A DNA stretch of 64,000 nucleotides, from NCBI GenBank assembly GCA_964016885.1, contig OZ024741.1:301506001-301570000 (forward strand), in the 5' to 3' direction. This DNA is from Eledone cirrhosa (Eukaryota). The notes under the pieces were generated by a model. That model had not been told where the DNA came from, did no database searches, and was given only the letters and a program-made list of their open reading frames with translations. Below are positions 11,858-24,902 of the stretch, one piece after another (the first letter of the stretch is position 1; the number at the start of each line of letters is the position of its first letter). Both the position numbers and the translations under genes were made by a program.

Positions 11858-14800
11858 CTACAGGCGTATATTCAGAGTGGTCCCGTTCACTCGGACCATT
11901 CTCGCTACATTCACCCACCTTTCAACAAACTTGCTAGAAAGCAGCGTTTGCCTCTCCACCCTGATTATCCTCTTCAAGTGAAACTTGAAAAGGTTAATCA
12001 AGGATTCGCCGAAGAGGAAAGTGTCTGCCTTTAACCTTTTCAACCTTGTCCACCACACAATCTCTTTTGCCATGGCAACCAGGCAGATAAAAACCGCCTG
12101 CCCTTCCTCCTCGAAGGAAGACGGCGAGACCATCGGCACAATGGACTCAGTCGATAACCGGATCAGTCCTACACGCGACAGCAACTGTTCGACATAGCTC
12201 CACAAGTCAGCAATGCTCGGGCACTGAACGAGTGCGTGCACGACGGTTTCGTCGCTCTGCGCGCATCTCGGATAGGCTCGGCTGACGGCACTTCCGTGCC
12301 TGTAGAGCTTATCTCGAACCGGCAGCGCTCCCCAGTAGCACTGCCAGGCCAGGGATTTTTGGAAGTTATCCATAGGCCCTGGGCTGAAAGTTCTCCGGAA
12401 GAGAGCAAACAGCTGATCTTCTTCGACGCCCAGGATCTCTCCGAGAACGTCGTCCTCTAGTCCTCTATAGAACGCCGAAGTGGATGTTCCACCAATAATG
12501 GTGCCCAGCTGGCAGAGGGCAGTGAGCGCCTGGAGACATTCCAGTTTCCAAGCGCTATCCCTCGGTCTTTTTCTGACCCAGGACTGCAGCTCTGTCAAGG
12601 AGACGAGCTGTGGGAAAACGTGCCTGGCGAACGGCGACCACACCTGTTCACCGTCAAGGAAGCACCAGAGATGTCGCAGCCTCAGCGCATGTTTGCGCAT
12701 CATTAGCCATGGCATGACCAGTCCTCCACGCAACGAGTGTTGACAGCAGATGGATCGTCTGACCATCCACAAAAAGCGGAAGAGGAGGCGCTCCATTTTG
12801 GTGAGAGTTTGGCCGGAGCAAGGGACGACGGGGAGGCGGTAGCAGATGACGGATGCGATATACGCGTTAGCCGCCTCCGCCAGGCCTTTCAGGGACAGCC
12901 TCTTCTCGTTCCAGTTTTTCTCCATCTGGAGGTCCGGTCCGAACCAGACGCCGAGCAAGTTAACCGGTCCGTCCGTCCAACGCCCCACGACGCTGTCAGA
13001 CGGCATGGACTTGCCTCTCCAGGTGCCAAGCTGCAAGCCCACCGACTTTTCCTGGTTTGTCTTTGCTCCTGTCACCGCTTCGTATTCCTTGAGAGCGGTG
13101 CCGAGCATCTGGACGTGTCTGGTGCTCGACACCACCACGGTGATGTCGTCTGCGTAAGCCGACTCGGATTTCCCGCATCCTAGTTCGCGTGGGACGTCCC
13201 TCATCGCCCCCAGTTTGTGCTGTAACGGCTCGAGAGCCAATACGTACAAGAGGGACGAGAGGGGACAACCCTGGCGGACTGAGCGCATGATGCTGAACGG
13301 CTCCGACAGGTGACCGTTCACCCTCACAAGTGAGCAGACGTCGGTGTACATCGCTGCGATCCAACCCCTGAAAACGGGCGCGAAACTGGCTGCCTCGAGG
13401 ACCGCCACCAGGTACCCATAGTCGACCCTATCGAATGCTTTGGATTGATCCAAGTTGATCAGGGCACCACCCTTGCCAGGTTCCTTAACCACCTCTCTAT
13501 GATGTATCGCATGAGGTGGAGCTTGTCGTGGATGGATCTGTCCAGAATGGCGCACGTTTGCGCCTCTCCCACGAGACCTTTGACGACAAGCGCCAACCTC
13601 GTTGCTAACACCTTGGCCAAAATCTTGAACTCTGCGTTTAGCAGGGTTATGGGCTTGAAATTATCGATAACATCCCCCTTGTTCGGGTCTTTTCTCAGCA
13701 GCGCCACCGCTCCCCGGCTCACAAATCTCGCAATGCACCTGTTCTGCTGCCAGTTGCAGTAGACGTCTGCCAAGAGGTCACCGAACAAGTCTGGCATAAA
13801 TGCATAAAGTTCGTATGGCAGACTATCCAAACCTGGCGATTTACCCCTCGTGCCATTACTTCCCGTATTTCACCGGCTGTTATTGGCTTTTCGCAACACT
13901 GTACTGCGGTCGTCGAGAGCCGCCGAGGCAGTCCGTCGAGGTATGCACTGAAGTCCATGCCCCAATCCGGGCCGCCGCTACTCTCGAACAGTTCAGCAAA
14001 GTGCTTCTGAAAAGCTTCTCACATCCGCTCGGGTTCGAGCATCACGCACCCGTTTTGGTCAGACAAAGACCCAATTGTGGCTTCGTTGCCACGTCGCGCC
14101 TCTGCCACCCAGGCCCATTGGACGGCTTTTGTCCCCTTCTGTTTCAGAGTACGCACTCTAGCTCTGACAACGCAACCTTCGTGTTTTGCGTTGAAGAATT
14201 GGTCGAGTGCCAATCTCGCCGCAAGCACGTCGGTTGCGATACCTGTCCTAAACGCCTCTTCTAGCTTTCTAAATAGCTCTCCCTCTACTCTATTATCCTC
14301 TATCACTACTCCTTTGCTAAACCTAATCGACTCTAGTTTAATTGCCCTTTTCAGGGCGAACCACCACCTGTTGTGGACTACCGCTCCCGTCAACGCCCGC
14401 TTAACTCATACGCTAATCCGGTCTCTGTAGGCTTTGCGCGCCGGGAAAGACACATTCAGCTTCTAGTAACCGGGCCCTTGTCTATGAAGTCTGTCTATGT
14501 CGATCTCACAGATCACAAATTTGTGGTCTGTGTAGTCGACTATTTTAAATTGTGGACAACTGATACTAGCCTGATCTAATTCTCTGCAGAATACCCTATC
14601 GAGATACGATCTGGATGACCCGATGCGGTTTGTCCATGTCCACATTGGTACATTCGGGTGATCCAGTCGATACCTGTCAGACAGTTCAAAACGTCTGAGC
14701 AGGTTGGTGAGGCTCATGCACCCTCCTCCCCTATCCACTAACTCTACACAATCCCAGCGTGCATCCATCATACCGTTCCAGTCGCCCACTAACACTAAAG

Positions 14801-15203
14801 AGCGGGACGTTCCAAGAAAGGTCTCTAGACGTCTGAAGAAATCTGGCCGTCCTGCCCCTGTTGGGGCGTAGACGGCTACTAGCCTGAAAGCATTGCCTTC
14901 GCTGCCGGTCCCGTCCAGCACCACCGACTTACCTTCTGGGTCTAGGAAGATGGCCCGTATGGCGGGATCCAAGCCTCTCCGAAAAAGGACGGCAACCCCT
15001 CCCCCCGATCCTGGACGGCTGGGAGATGCGTATACATCGTAGCCGCCGAAGATCGGTGCGAAGGCTTGTGCTTCGGAGATTCTGGTCTCACTGATGGCCA
15101 CCACATCTATGTTTAGTGAGCTGAGGTCGTTGAGCAGGTGACCCTGCTTCCAAGATGACCCCAGGCCACGTGAATTTGTACTGCCTATTCTGCGTACGGC
15201 CAT
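11858..15203 (-). pseudogene. LINE ORF2 (APE-RT-zinc finger), frameshifted
   Basis: MAVRRIGSTNSRGL... through ...VNGTTLNIRL across several frames. Confidence 0.9.
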
Positions 15204-15235
15204 GTTGGATGAGAAACGGGGCAAGTGAGAAAGGG

Positions 15236-17170
15236 TCACTTACCTTGATCGTGTGGTGAAGGGACAGTAGAACCGTCCCTTTCGCTGGTCTTGGATGTTT
15301 TCAAGAGGATGTCAGTGTATATCCTCTTGATAACCGACCCTCTGAAATCTCCAACTGCGGGGGAATTTTTGTTTTAAAGGTTTGTACTGTTCTATTGAGA
15401 TTTCAATTATGATTATGTTTGTCGGGAGAGTTCTTGGTGTTGGTGGGGTGTAGTAGTTTTTTTCTGTGATGTCTGTGTGCTGCTTTATATATTGTATGAG
15501 TTCTTTTTTTGCTATGTTTATGTCTGTGTACTTTTTGGGGGGAGGGGTGATTTTTTTGCTGTTTTCTTCTTCTTGTTATATGGTGTGTCTGTTTTGTTTT
15601 GTTTGCGTTGTTGGTGTTTTTGGTGATGCTGGTAGTGGTGTGGTTGTTGTTGTCAGTGGTGCTTGTGATGATGGTGATGGTTGTGGTGTTGCTGTAAGTT
15701 TCCTTGGTGCCTTTACCCCTCTTTGTATGCCTTCGCTTTTGGAGGGTGAATCGAAGGGTTTTTTGTTTTTTGTTTTTTTGTGGCAGACCGTTTGCTACTT
15801 CACTCCCGCCTCAAACTCCATGTCGGATTCCGTGGCGTCTGGGAGGGGTTTGTGCTCCACGGCTGTTGGTGGCGGTAGTGGAGCCCTCTTCGGCAGTTTT
15901 GTTGCTGGTATAGCTACTTCAAATGTACCTATTGGTGTTGCCGCCACTGATGCTGCTGCTTTATTTGTCCGTGGCCTTGGTACGGGTGCCACGGACGTTT
16001 CCCTCCTACTCACCGTGGAAGGGGCTTCTGCGTTTTTTGCCTGCCCTGCTCTTGGTAGCAGCGGACCAGGTATTGGAAGGAGAGGGGCCTTCTGCTTCGC
16101 TGTCTTCTGCGGGCAAAAGGCCCTGAGGTGACCCTTCGACCCACAGAGATAACAATTTGGCCGCTTTCCTTCTACGCTTATAGGGAGTTGGAGTCCTTCC
16201 TCGATGTCTATGATATCGGGGATAGCGTCGATACATTCCTGGTCAGTTTGTATAAGCATTTGCATGACTATACCTGACCAGTTCTCTCTCCCTGTTTTCT
16301 CTACTTGCAGCATGGTCGTCCTGTTCTCGATTCCAGCATGGACAGACGCTGCCAGCCAAGGTATGGGCACGTCAGGTGGGACCTGGGTCACTTTGGCCCT
16401 CACAATTTTCTGCCCGCAGTAGGAGGGCACCTAGACTATCTCCTCACTCTTTAGGGTTTCCAAAGAGTGAGACTTTACTTCCTAGGGGGTGGCGAAAAGT
16501 ACGTCTACTGTGGCGTACTTTCTGCCTCGGGTGATGTGGGTTTTGCGTGCCCAGACGCACCCCAAGGCCTTTTGGATTTGAGCCTCCGTGGCTCTCTCCA
16601 CCCGATGTGAGATTTTGCTTACGGTACGGTAACTCACCGTCCGTAGCTGCTGGTCCTTGAAAAAATCGCGTGGAGGTTTCAGAGAGACTCTATTGGCGCT
16701 TCTTGTCACCATGGCCCTTGCGACTGCCATCTCCTCCTCTGTGACTAACACTGTCTCGATATTTCGGGCGACACCTGCAAAAGAAGTGGTCCCTTTTTCA
16801 GCAGCACCACTATTGCTGCCGCTACTGGTCTTACTGGTGGTGCTGAGATCGCTGTTGATGTTTTCGTTGATACCGTTGTTGGTGTTGTTGTTGTTGTTTC
16901 CGTTGATACTGTTGCTGTTGTTACTGTTATTGTGGCTGTTGTTATTATTGTTGTTTTTGTTGATACTGTTCCTACTATTATTGTTGTTGTGGCTGTTGTT
17001 ATTGTCATTGTTATTGTCGTTCTCGACCTTACCGCTGTTAATTTTTGTTATTGCCGTTTTCGACTTTACCGCTGTTATTTTTGTTGTTGCTGTTGTTATT
17101 GATGGTGTTGTTGTTGGTGTTGTTGTTGGTGTTATTGTTGGTGTTGTTTGTGTTAGAAATATTTGTTAAT
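15236..17170 (-). pseudogene. LINE ORF1, frameshifted, with N-terminal (AAC)n low complexity
   Basis: ORFs 16482-16751 and 15795-16430 share RVERA.E.QIQKALG.VW.RKTHI with copy 1. Confidence 0.8.
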
Positions 17171-17576
17171 TTTAAATCTGTAACAATCTTCTTTTCCTTT
17201 GTAATATTTTCGTTTATATTTACCTCCGCTAGAACGCTGTTTTGTTGACATGCTGATAAAGTCTCCCTTCTCTCTGTGTTGTTTGACAGCGCTCTCTCTC
17301 TGTTTCTTGTGTTATCTATGTTGAAATTTTGTTTTCAAAAAATATTTTTACACAAATATTTTTACACAAATACGACACCCCGTAAAGTGGTGCCGTATTA
17401 TATTACGAGTGAACACCTGTATTAGGTGAGTCACTTCTTCTAAACTTTTATCAAATTTAAAACTTGAATAAAAGGTTTAGAACGGTTGAAAACGAGGTAA
17501 AACTTTGAAAAAAACTGGAGGCGATAAGATGCGTGGCTTCACCAACAATAATAATAATAATAATCATAATAATAAT

Positions 17577-17618
17577 TGTTTCTACTTTAGGCACAAGGCC
17601 AGCAATTACCCAGAGTGC
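17577..17618 (-). mobile_element. 3' fragment of a tRNA-derived SINE
   Basis: Reverse complement matches the SINE 3' end at 43272-43310 and 35983-36015 (taattgctggccttgtgcc.aaagtagaaa). Confidence 0.75.
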
Positions 17619-18023
17619 TAATAATAATAAATGACCAAACGCACGTAGTAAGCAAATGCACAAAAAAAAATAAATATATATATATATAAAAAAATATATA
17701 TATATACACACATATATATATATGTGTACATACACACACACACACATATATACATATACACACACATACACATACATATAAATATACAAGCACACCGCAT
17801 ATATATAAACACAGTACAGACACAAAAGAGTATCAACATACAAATACATATACACGCACACAAAAAAGCATACAACCACATACACACATATAGTATAAAA
17901 ATGTGTTAAAGATAAAAACATAAATATAAAAACTATAAAGTTACATACACACATACGCATAAGTAGGTACACACGCACGCACATACACACATATATATAT
18001 ATATATATATAAATATATATATA

Positions 18024-18422
<399 letters not shown>

Positions 18423-18477
18423 TACATAGATAGATAGTTATACACACATATACAGACCTACATACATACACACACGC

Positions 18478-18592
<115 letters not shown>

Positions 18593-18633
18593 AGCACACA
18601 TATACACATATAGAAATACACACGTACATACAT

Positions 18634-18688
<55 letters not shown>

Positions 18689-18946
18689 TATATATATGTA
18701 TATATATAAAAGAAATACATAAAATTTTATTTTCAATTTTATGCACATATACATATATATACATACATATATACACACACACACATATATATATATACAT
18801 ATATATACACACATATATACATACATACACAAAATAAAAATAAAGTGAAGGAAGGGGTATTCAAATAGTAGGGCATACGACAAATAAAAGATACAGGTAT
18901 AAATGTCTATAGCTGATTAAGTGCACTCAACAGTTCCTGAAGCAAA

Positions 18947-19931
18947 TCTATATATATAAAACTGTGGTTGTCTGTCTGTCTATCGATTTTTGGCACACAT
19001 CTCCTCTTAGAATCTCTCACGGAATTGCACCGAAATTGCTATACTTGTACATTGAGCCCTAGCGAAGACATCGGAAAAAGAAATTTCAAATTGACCCACC
19101 CTATCTGACGAAATCGAATATAATGTATCGATTTTTGAGCGTAAGTTATCAGTTATTTCCCTTTGTTCTGTTTACATTGAGCGTCTTACGTAAAAAATTA
19201 CGCTGGCTTTAACAGTTGTCGAGCCAGCAAAATATTGACCTGCAAAATTCATCAGTTCGAACACTAAGCTTCCGTTTTGCTCCATTTCCATTTAAAAGCA
19301 TTTTAAAACAATATTTTTACTTGAAAACAAGTCTATTTAAAGACTACGTAAAACAAGCAAATATTTCGTCGTTAGGCGTGCAGACAGACAGTCGTGCAGA
19401 CAGAAGTCGGCAGACAGACAGTCGTGCAGAGCAGGTGACAGTCGTGCAGAGAGGTGATATACGGCGTGCAGACAGACAGTCGTGCAGAGAGGTGATATAG
19501 GCGTGCAGACAGACAGTCGTGCAGAGAGGTGATATAGGCGTGCAGACAGACAGTCGTGCAGAGAGGTGATATAGGCGTGCAGACAGACAGTCGTGCAGAG
19601 AGGTGATATAGGCGTGCAGACAGACATAACTGATAATTTGGTTACGCTAATGTTTTTCTCTGCGTTGCAGTGTTTACATTTTCGATCTTTGTTAATAAAT
19701 AACCAGTGCAGTTTCTATCCCCAGCATCCTCTTTTGTTATAACATTCGGGTTATCGTTATGTTTTCTTAACTTCATAAGGCATATTGTTGGTTGAGGGAA
19801 TATTAATCAAAAACACCACATGCAAGTCTGCACAGTAGACACTACAGTTTTTAAGCCAAGAAAGAAACTTAACATTGTAACTTTAACACAGCTACTGAGC
19901 GACCCCGAGCAACGCCGGGCTTTACTGCTAG
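18947..19931 (+). mobile_element. Non-autonomous Helitron
   Basis: A|TCTATATATATAAAAC start; subterminal CCCGAGCAACGCCGGG hairpin then CTGCTAG|T; same termini as 36019-36806. Confidence 0.8.
19375..19626 (+). repeat. 37-bp minisatellite inside the Helitron
   Basis: Tandem GCGTGCAGACAGACAGTCGTGCAGAGAGGTGATATAG units with partial variants at the 5' side. Confidence 0.9.
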
Positions 19932-20044
19932 TAATCAATAAAAGTAAGCATTAAAAAACTCTGTGTGTAATTATGCATATACATACAAAACCATACATAC
20001 ACGCACACACACAACCAACTACATACAAATATATATACATATAC

Positions 20045-20092
<48 letters not shown>

Positions 20093-20260
20093 ATATATAT
20101 ATGTATATATATACACACACACTAATATACACACACACATAAGTACAAATGGTTACAACACCACATAAATAAAAATACACACACACTTATAAACACACAC
20201 ACACACACATATATATATAAACATACACATATATATATATAAAAATGTATACATACATAT

Positions 20261-20317
<57 letters not shown>

Positions 20318-20696
20318 CACTTATATACACATATACACGACAACATACATACACGTAAAATTAATATCTAAAAATCAAAATGGGGTGGGCATGTAAAGGG
20401 TAAGGTAGAGAATATGTGGGAATAAGGAAAATAAATAACATAAGAAAAAGTTAAAAAATAAGAGGAGATAATTTTAATTTTAAAGTTAATTAATTTTAAT
20501 TTTAAAGTTAAACAGTAAGAGGAGATAAGGGAGAAAGAGAAAATAAGTGTACAGAAAGTGAGTTCAGAGAGTAATAAAAGTCGTAGTAGATGTAAGGCGT
20601 AAAGGGCAAAGAGGAATTTCAAGGTGGTTAACTCATCGTAGCAAAGAAGAAGTTCAATGTGGTTGAGTCATCGTAGGAATGTCAATCCAGTTACAG

Positions 20697-20930
20697 AGCT
20701 TCACGGCACAGGCATTGCTTTATATCTGGAGATCTCTCTGCACTTGTCGTCACATGGTACCATGGGCCCAGCACTATGTGTCAATAATTGTCACAGGTGT
20801 AGTGTTTGTACCAGAGTTTTCAAGTCGCTGGCTGGACTAAAAAGTCACACTCGTTTAGTGCATCAGTAGGGGTTCTCCTACATGGATATAAAGTAGTGGC
20901 CGTACTCGAAAACGAGTTGGCAGCCACCAT
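20697..20930 (+). mobile_element. 3' end of an RTE-like LINE with a C-terminal C2H2 finger
   Basis: CSVCTRVFKSLAGLKSHTRLVHQ* followed by a short UTR and (AT)n; near-identical to 34043-34272. Confidence 0.75.
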
Positions 20931-20984
20931 ATATATATATGTATATGTGCATAAAATTTAAAATAAATTTTTATGTATTTCTTT

Positions 20985-21015
<31 letters not shown>

Positions 21016-21320
21016 ATGTGTGTGTATGTATGTTTGTGTGTATTTATATATGTGTATATATATATATATGTGTGTGTGTGTATGTGTGTAGGTGTGCATA
21101 TGTGTGTATGTAACTTTATAGTTTTTATATTTATGTTTTTATCTTTAAGAAATTTTTATACTTTGTGTGTATGTGGTTGTATGCTTTTTTGTGTGTGTGT
21201 ATATGTATTTGTATGTATATACTCTTTTGTGTCTGTACTGTGCTTATATGTATGGAGTGTGCTTGTTTATTTATATGTATGCGTATGTGTGAGTATATGT
21301 ATATATATGTGTGTGTATGT

Positions 21321-21359
<39 letters not shown>

Positions 21360-21408
21360 AAATAAAGTTAAATAAAAGTCAAATGATTAAAATTTAGCTT
21401 CGTTTATT

Positions 21409-21463
21409 ACTGCTATATATATTTCAGTGACAGCCATCTTTGGCTGTGACCTCTTCAGGCAGT
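21409..21463 (-). ncRNA. Type-I hammerhead ribozyme motif
   Basis: actgc CTGAAGA ggtcacagcca-aaga-tggctgtcact GAAA tatata TA gcagt. Confidence 0.85.
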
Positions 21464-21612
21464 TTGAATTAGTATGGTATAGACAAGTACATATGTTGTT
21501 TAGGTGTATAATATTGTCAATACTCTGATATGCCCAGTTCCTTGTTGGGTTGTTAATTCACTGAGGAACTGGAGTCATATGGTATACAACCAACATAAAC
21601 TCAAAATCTATC

Positions 21613-21645
<33 letters not shown>

Positions 21646-21961
21646 GTGTGTGTGTGTGTATATATATATTTTTATATATATATTTAGGTTTTTTTGTGCA
21701 TTTGCTTACTACGTGCGTTTGGTCATTTATTATTATTATTTAAAATTTTCCCGTCTTGTATCGCTGTCAATTTAATATTTTTTATTTTTTTATTTTCTTA
21801 ATCCTTATTTTTTATTTGTTTATTTGTATGTGACGGCCTACTATGATTATTTATTCTTATTTGTGTATATGCATATGTATCCTTTTATATGTGAGTACGT
21901 ATGCATGTGTGTATATATGTGTGTATGTATGTGTGTATGTATGTGTATGTGTATATATATG

Positions 21962-22011
<50 letters not shown>

Positions 22012-22021
22012 CATGTATATA

Positions 22022-22054
<33 letters not shown>

Positions 22055-22369
22055 GCGTGTGTGTGTGTGTGTTGGTGTGTTTATGTATGGATATATATAT
22101 GTATATATATGTATGTGTGTGTATATGTGTCTCTGTATATATATATGTGTATATATGCGTGTATATATTATATATATATGTATATATGTGTGTATATGTG
22201 AGTGTGTGTGCGTGTGTGCGTGTCTGCGTGTGTGTGTGTGTATGTGTGTATTGTTATATATCCTTATTTATTATTATCCCCCCCCCCCACCTCTTTTTCC
22301 TTCAGCCTCACTTTCATATCGGTTATATTTTTGTTTTTCAAATCCACTGTCAATAAAGACACCAGGATT

Positions 22370-22429
22370 TTTCATTCTGATGAATGAAAGCAATTTTGGT
22401 TGCTTTCAAGAAATCACCGGTAAATGAAA
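22370..22429 (+). ncRNA. Type-I hammerhead ribozyme motif
   Basis: tttcatt CTGATGA a tgaaagcaa-ttttgg-ttgctttca a GAAA tcaccgg TA aatgaaa; 7-bp stem I, 9-bp stem II. Confidence 0.85.
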
Positions 22430-23072
22430 TAATTATCTTATGTTGTTTATTACATAACTAATAAGCTCTGTAACTTACATAGAGGCCTCTTTTTTCCTGG
22501 ACCTTTCCGACGGAATTACTTCCTTTATATAATCTCCCATAAGGTTGAGATGCAATTTGGGCAATATTGGGCTGCGCTTTCTAGCAACCAACCCAGTCGT
22601 CGTAAGCAACCAATCACATTCTTTCTAACTTGACCACTGCAACGTCACGATTCTTAGCCATTTTGAATTCGTGTTTGGAGGGGACCACTTTAGAAAATAA
22701 TCTGTCCTAACGAGTTTGTCTCCTGACGAGTTCGAAGCTCGAGATTTTAGCCTTTATAGGATATATCAAAATGCAATCGAAACCCAAAGGTAGGGACATA
22801 ATCCTGGTATGTATATAAGCATTTCTAACTTTAATTTTATACCTAATTGTGTATGGTTGACCGTATATTTAATCGATTTCTACGTGCTGTTGAAATGTTG
22901 GGTAAATATTATATGGCGGTTGGCCGGGAAGAGATTGCTATCGTTGATTTATTTACTATTTCTTCATAGGTGCCTTTTAATCGTATACCCTGGTCTAATT
23001 GAATTTTTATGCTAATTGGGAGAGGAAATGGTGTATATATATTATCAAATGATTCTATGGACATACTTTATA

Positions 23073-23106
<34 letters not shown>

Positions 23107-23290
23107 TATTATCTTTAAGAAATTTTTATACTTTGTGTGTATGTGGTTGTATGCTTTTTTGTGTGTGTGTATATGTATTTGTATGTATATACTCTTTTGT
23201 GTCTGTACTGTGCTTATATGTATGGAGTGTGCTTGTTTATTTATATGTATGCGTATGTGTGAGTATATGTATATATATGTGTGTGTATGT

Positions 23291-23340
<50 letters not shown>

Positions 23341-23434
23341 AAGTTAAATAAAAGTCAAATGATTAATGTATATATATATATATATACATATGTATATATA
23401 TATATATACAATGTATATATATATATATATATAT

Positions 23435-23591
<157 letters not shown>

Positions 23592-23601
23592 TATATATAT
23601 T

Positions 23602-23895
23602 AGTAAAAAGGAAAAGGAAATGCTGACAAATTGTTCCCCGTGAAAAATAGTTTAATTAGGAATAAGTATAAATTAGTAATAAGTATTAGTTAGTATACAG
23701 TTTTAGTTTTAAGGTAATACCGGTTGCGCATTTCTTATGGTTTTCAAAAATACTTTGTGAAAAAACTCAGGGCCCCATCGGTCGGAGCTCAGCCGTTGGG
23801 GTCCTGAATTTTTTCATATTACCCATTCTACTACCCCGAGTATCGAGTACTCTAGTGGGTTATGGTCTAGCTTGCTTTTACTACACCCTATCTGA
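23602..23895 (-). mobile_element. Solo pLTR fragment related to the PLE-2 family
   Basis: aaatgctgacaaattgtt...tttaattaggaataa...taccggttgcgcatttc...ttttcaaaaata aligns to 25494-25637. Confidence 0.7.
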
Positions 23896-23901
23896 TATAT
23901 G

Positions 23902-24003
<102 letters not shown>

Positions 24004-24902
24004 CGTACGTGCGTGTGTGTGTGTGTGTGTGTGTGCGTGTATCTGTATGTGTGTATATATATATATATTTGTATAGGTTTTATTTTACTGCTTATCCTTT
24101 TTCTGCACTGTTATTATTTTATCTTTTGTTTTTTATATATAGATATTTTTTTATTATTTTATTTTATTTTATTTATTATTTTATTTTTTTAGGGTCGTAT
24201 TTGTTTATTTTTGTACGTATTCACTACCTCTAGTGTCCGTAGTAATATCTATATATATTTATATATGCAATAGAAAATAGTAACCTAAGTAAACATAAAA
24301 GAACAGTCTAACCCCCACTGTCATCGCCTCCATCTCTCTCGCCCACCCAATCTCTCTGTATGGTGAGCAAATGGGCTCTCACGTGCTGGCTTCCCCACAG
24401 CCCTGGCGGACAGAACGGAGAAGGCGTTTCCACGGAGGATTGTAAGGGAGATGCGCTGGAATAGACATTCCAACTCGCGAGGCTCACACCTGCGGCTGGC
24501 CAGCTTATCGCCTCAGTATCTTTGTAAGGATTGGTTTTATTTTTGTATCTTTACTCTTTTATTTTTTTATTTTTGTTAGTGTTGTATTTTTGTATTGCTT
24601 TATTTCCTTCCCACGTACTTCAAAAACTGTAACAGCAAACTTCAGGCAAACGCGCCGCCACGCAAGAACGAATATGCCAACTTGACCACGGATAGCAGTA
24701 ATAGCTGTTAAGCTATAGGCTGCTCCTAACAGTGATTTGACCGAACAAAACTCAATAGGAGGAGGTGATGACACATTCCTTTGACAGAGTGAGTGGCAGC
24801 ATAAAAGAATGAATTGGGATAAATATCCAACCACGAGTGTTCATATCGGCATACCGCCTACGGACGCAATTAATTTGCACCTTTAATACCTATATATATA
24901 TA

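Larger units (their letters stand above)
11565..17546 (-). mobile_element. Near-full-length Tx1/L1-clade LINE (copy 2), degenerate
   Basis: ORF1 knuckle CYLCGSKGHLRAFC; ORF2 pieces 14463-15239, 14019-14393, 13459-13830 and 11858-13555 carry APE, RT (AYADD) and zinc-finger motifs. Confidence 0.92.
20940..22450 (+). repeat. Microsatellite-rich interspersed repeat ending in a hammerhead (probably a PLE 3' UTR)
   Basis: Inverted paralog at 4700-4920 joined to 17625-18750; partial direct copy at 23108-23370; hammerhead at 22370-22429. Confidence 0.7.

Noticed and set aside
5139-17248. Many plus-strand ORFs, including hydrophobic Leu/Val-rich ones
   Set aside because: Antisense shadows of LINE ORF1/ORF2 and (AAC)n tracts
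19375-19626. 37-bp repeats as a CRISPR array
   Set aside because: No unique spacers; eukaryotic minisatellite
22723-22750. CTGACGA...GAGA as a hammerhead
   Set aside because: Stems do not form and GAAA is absent
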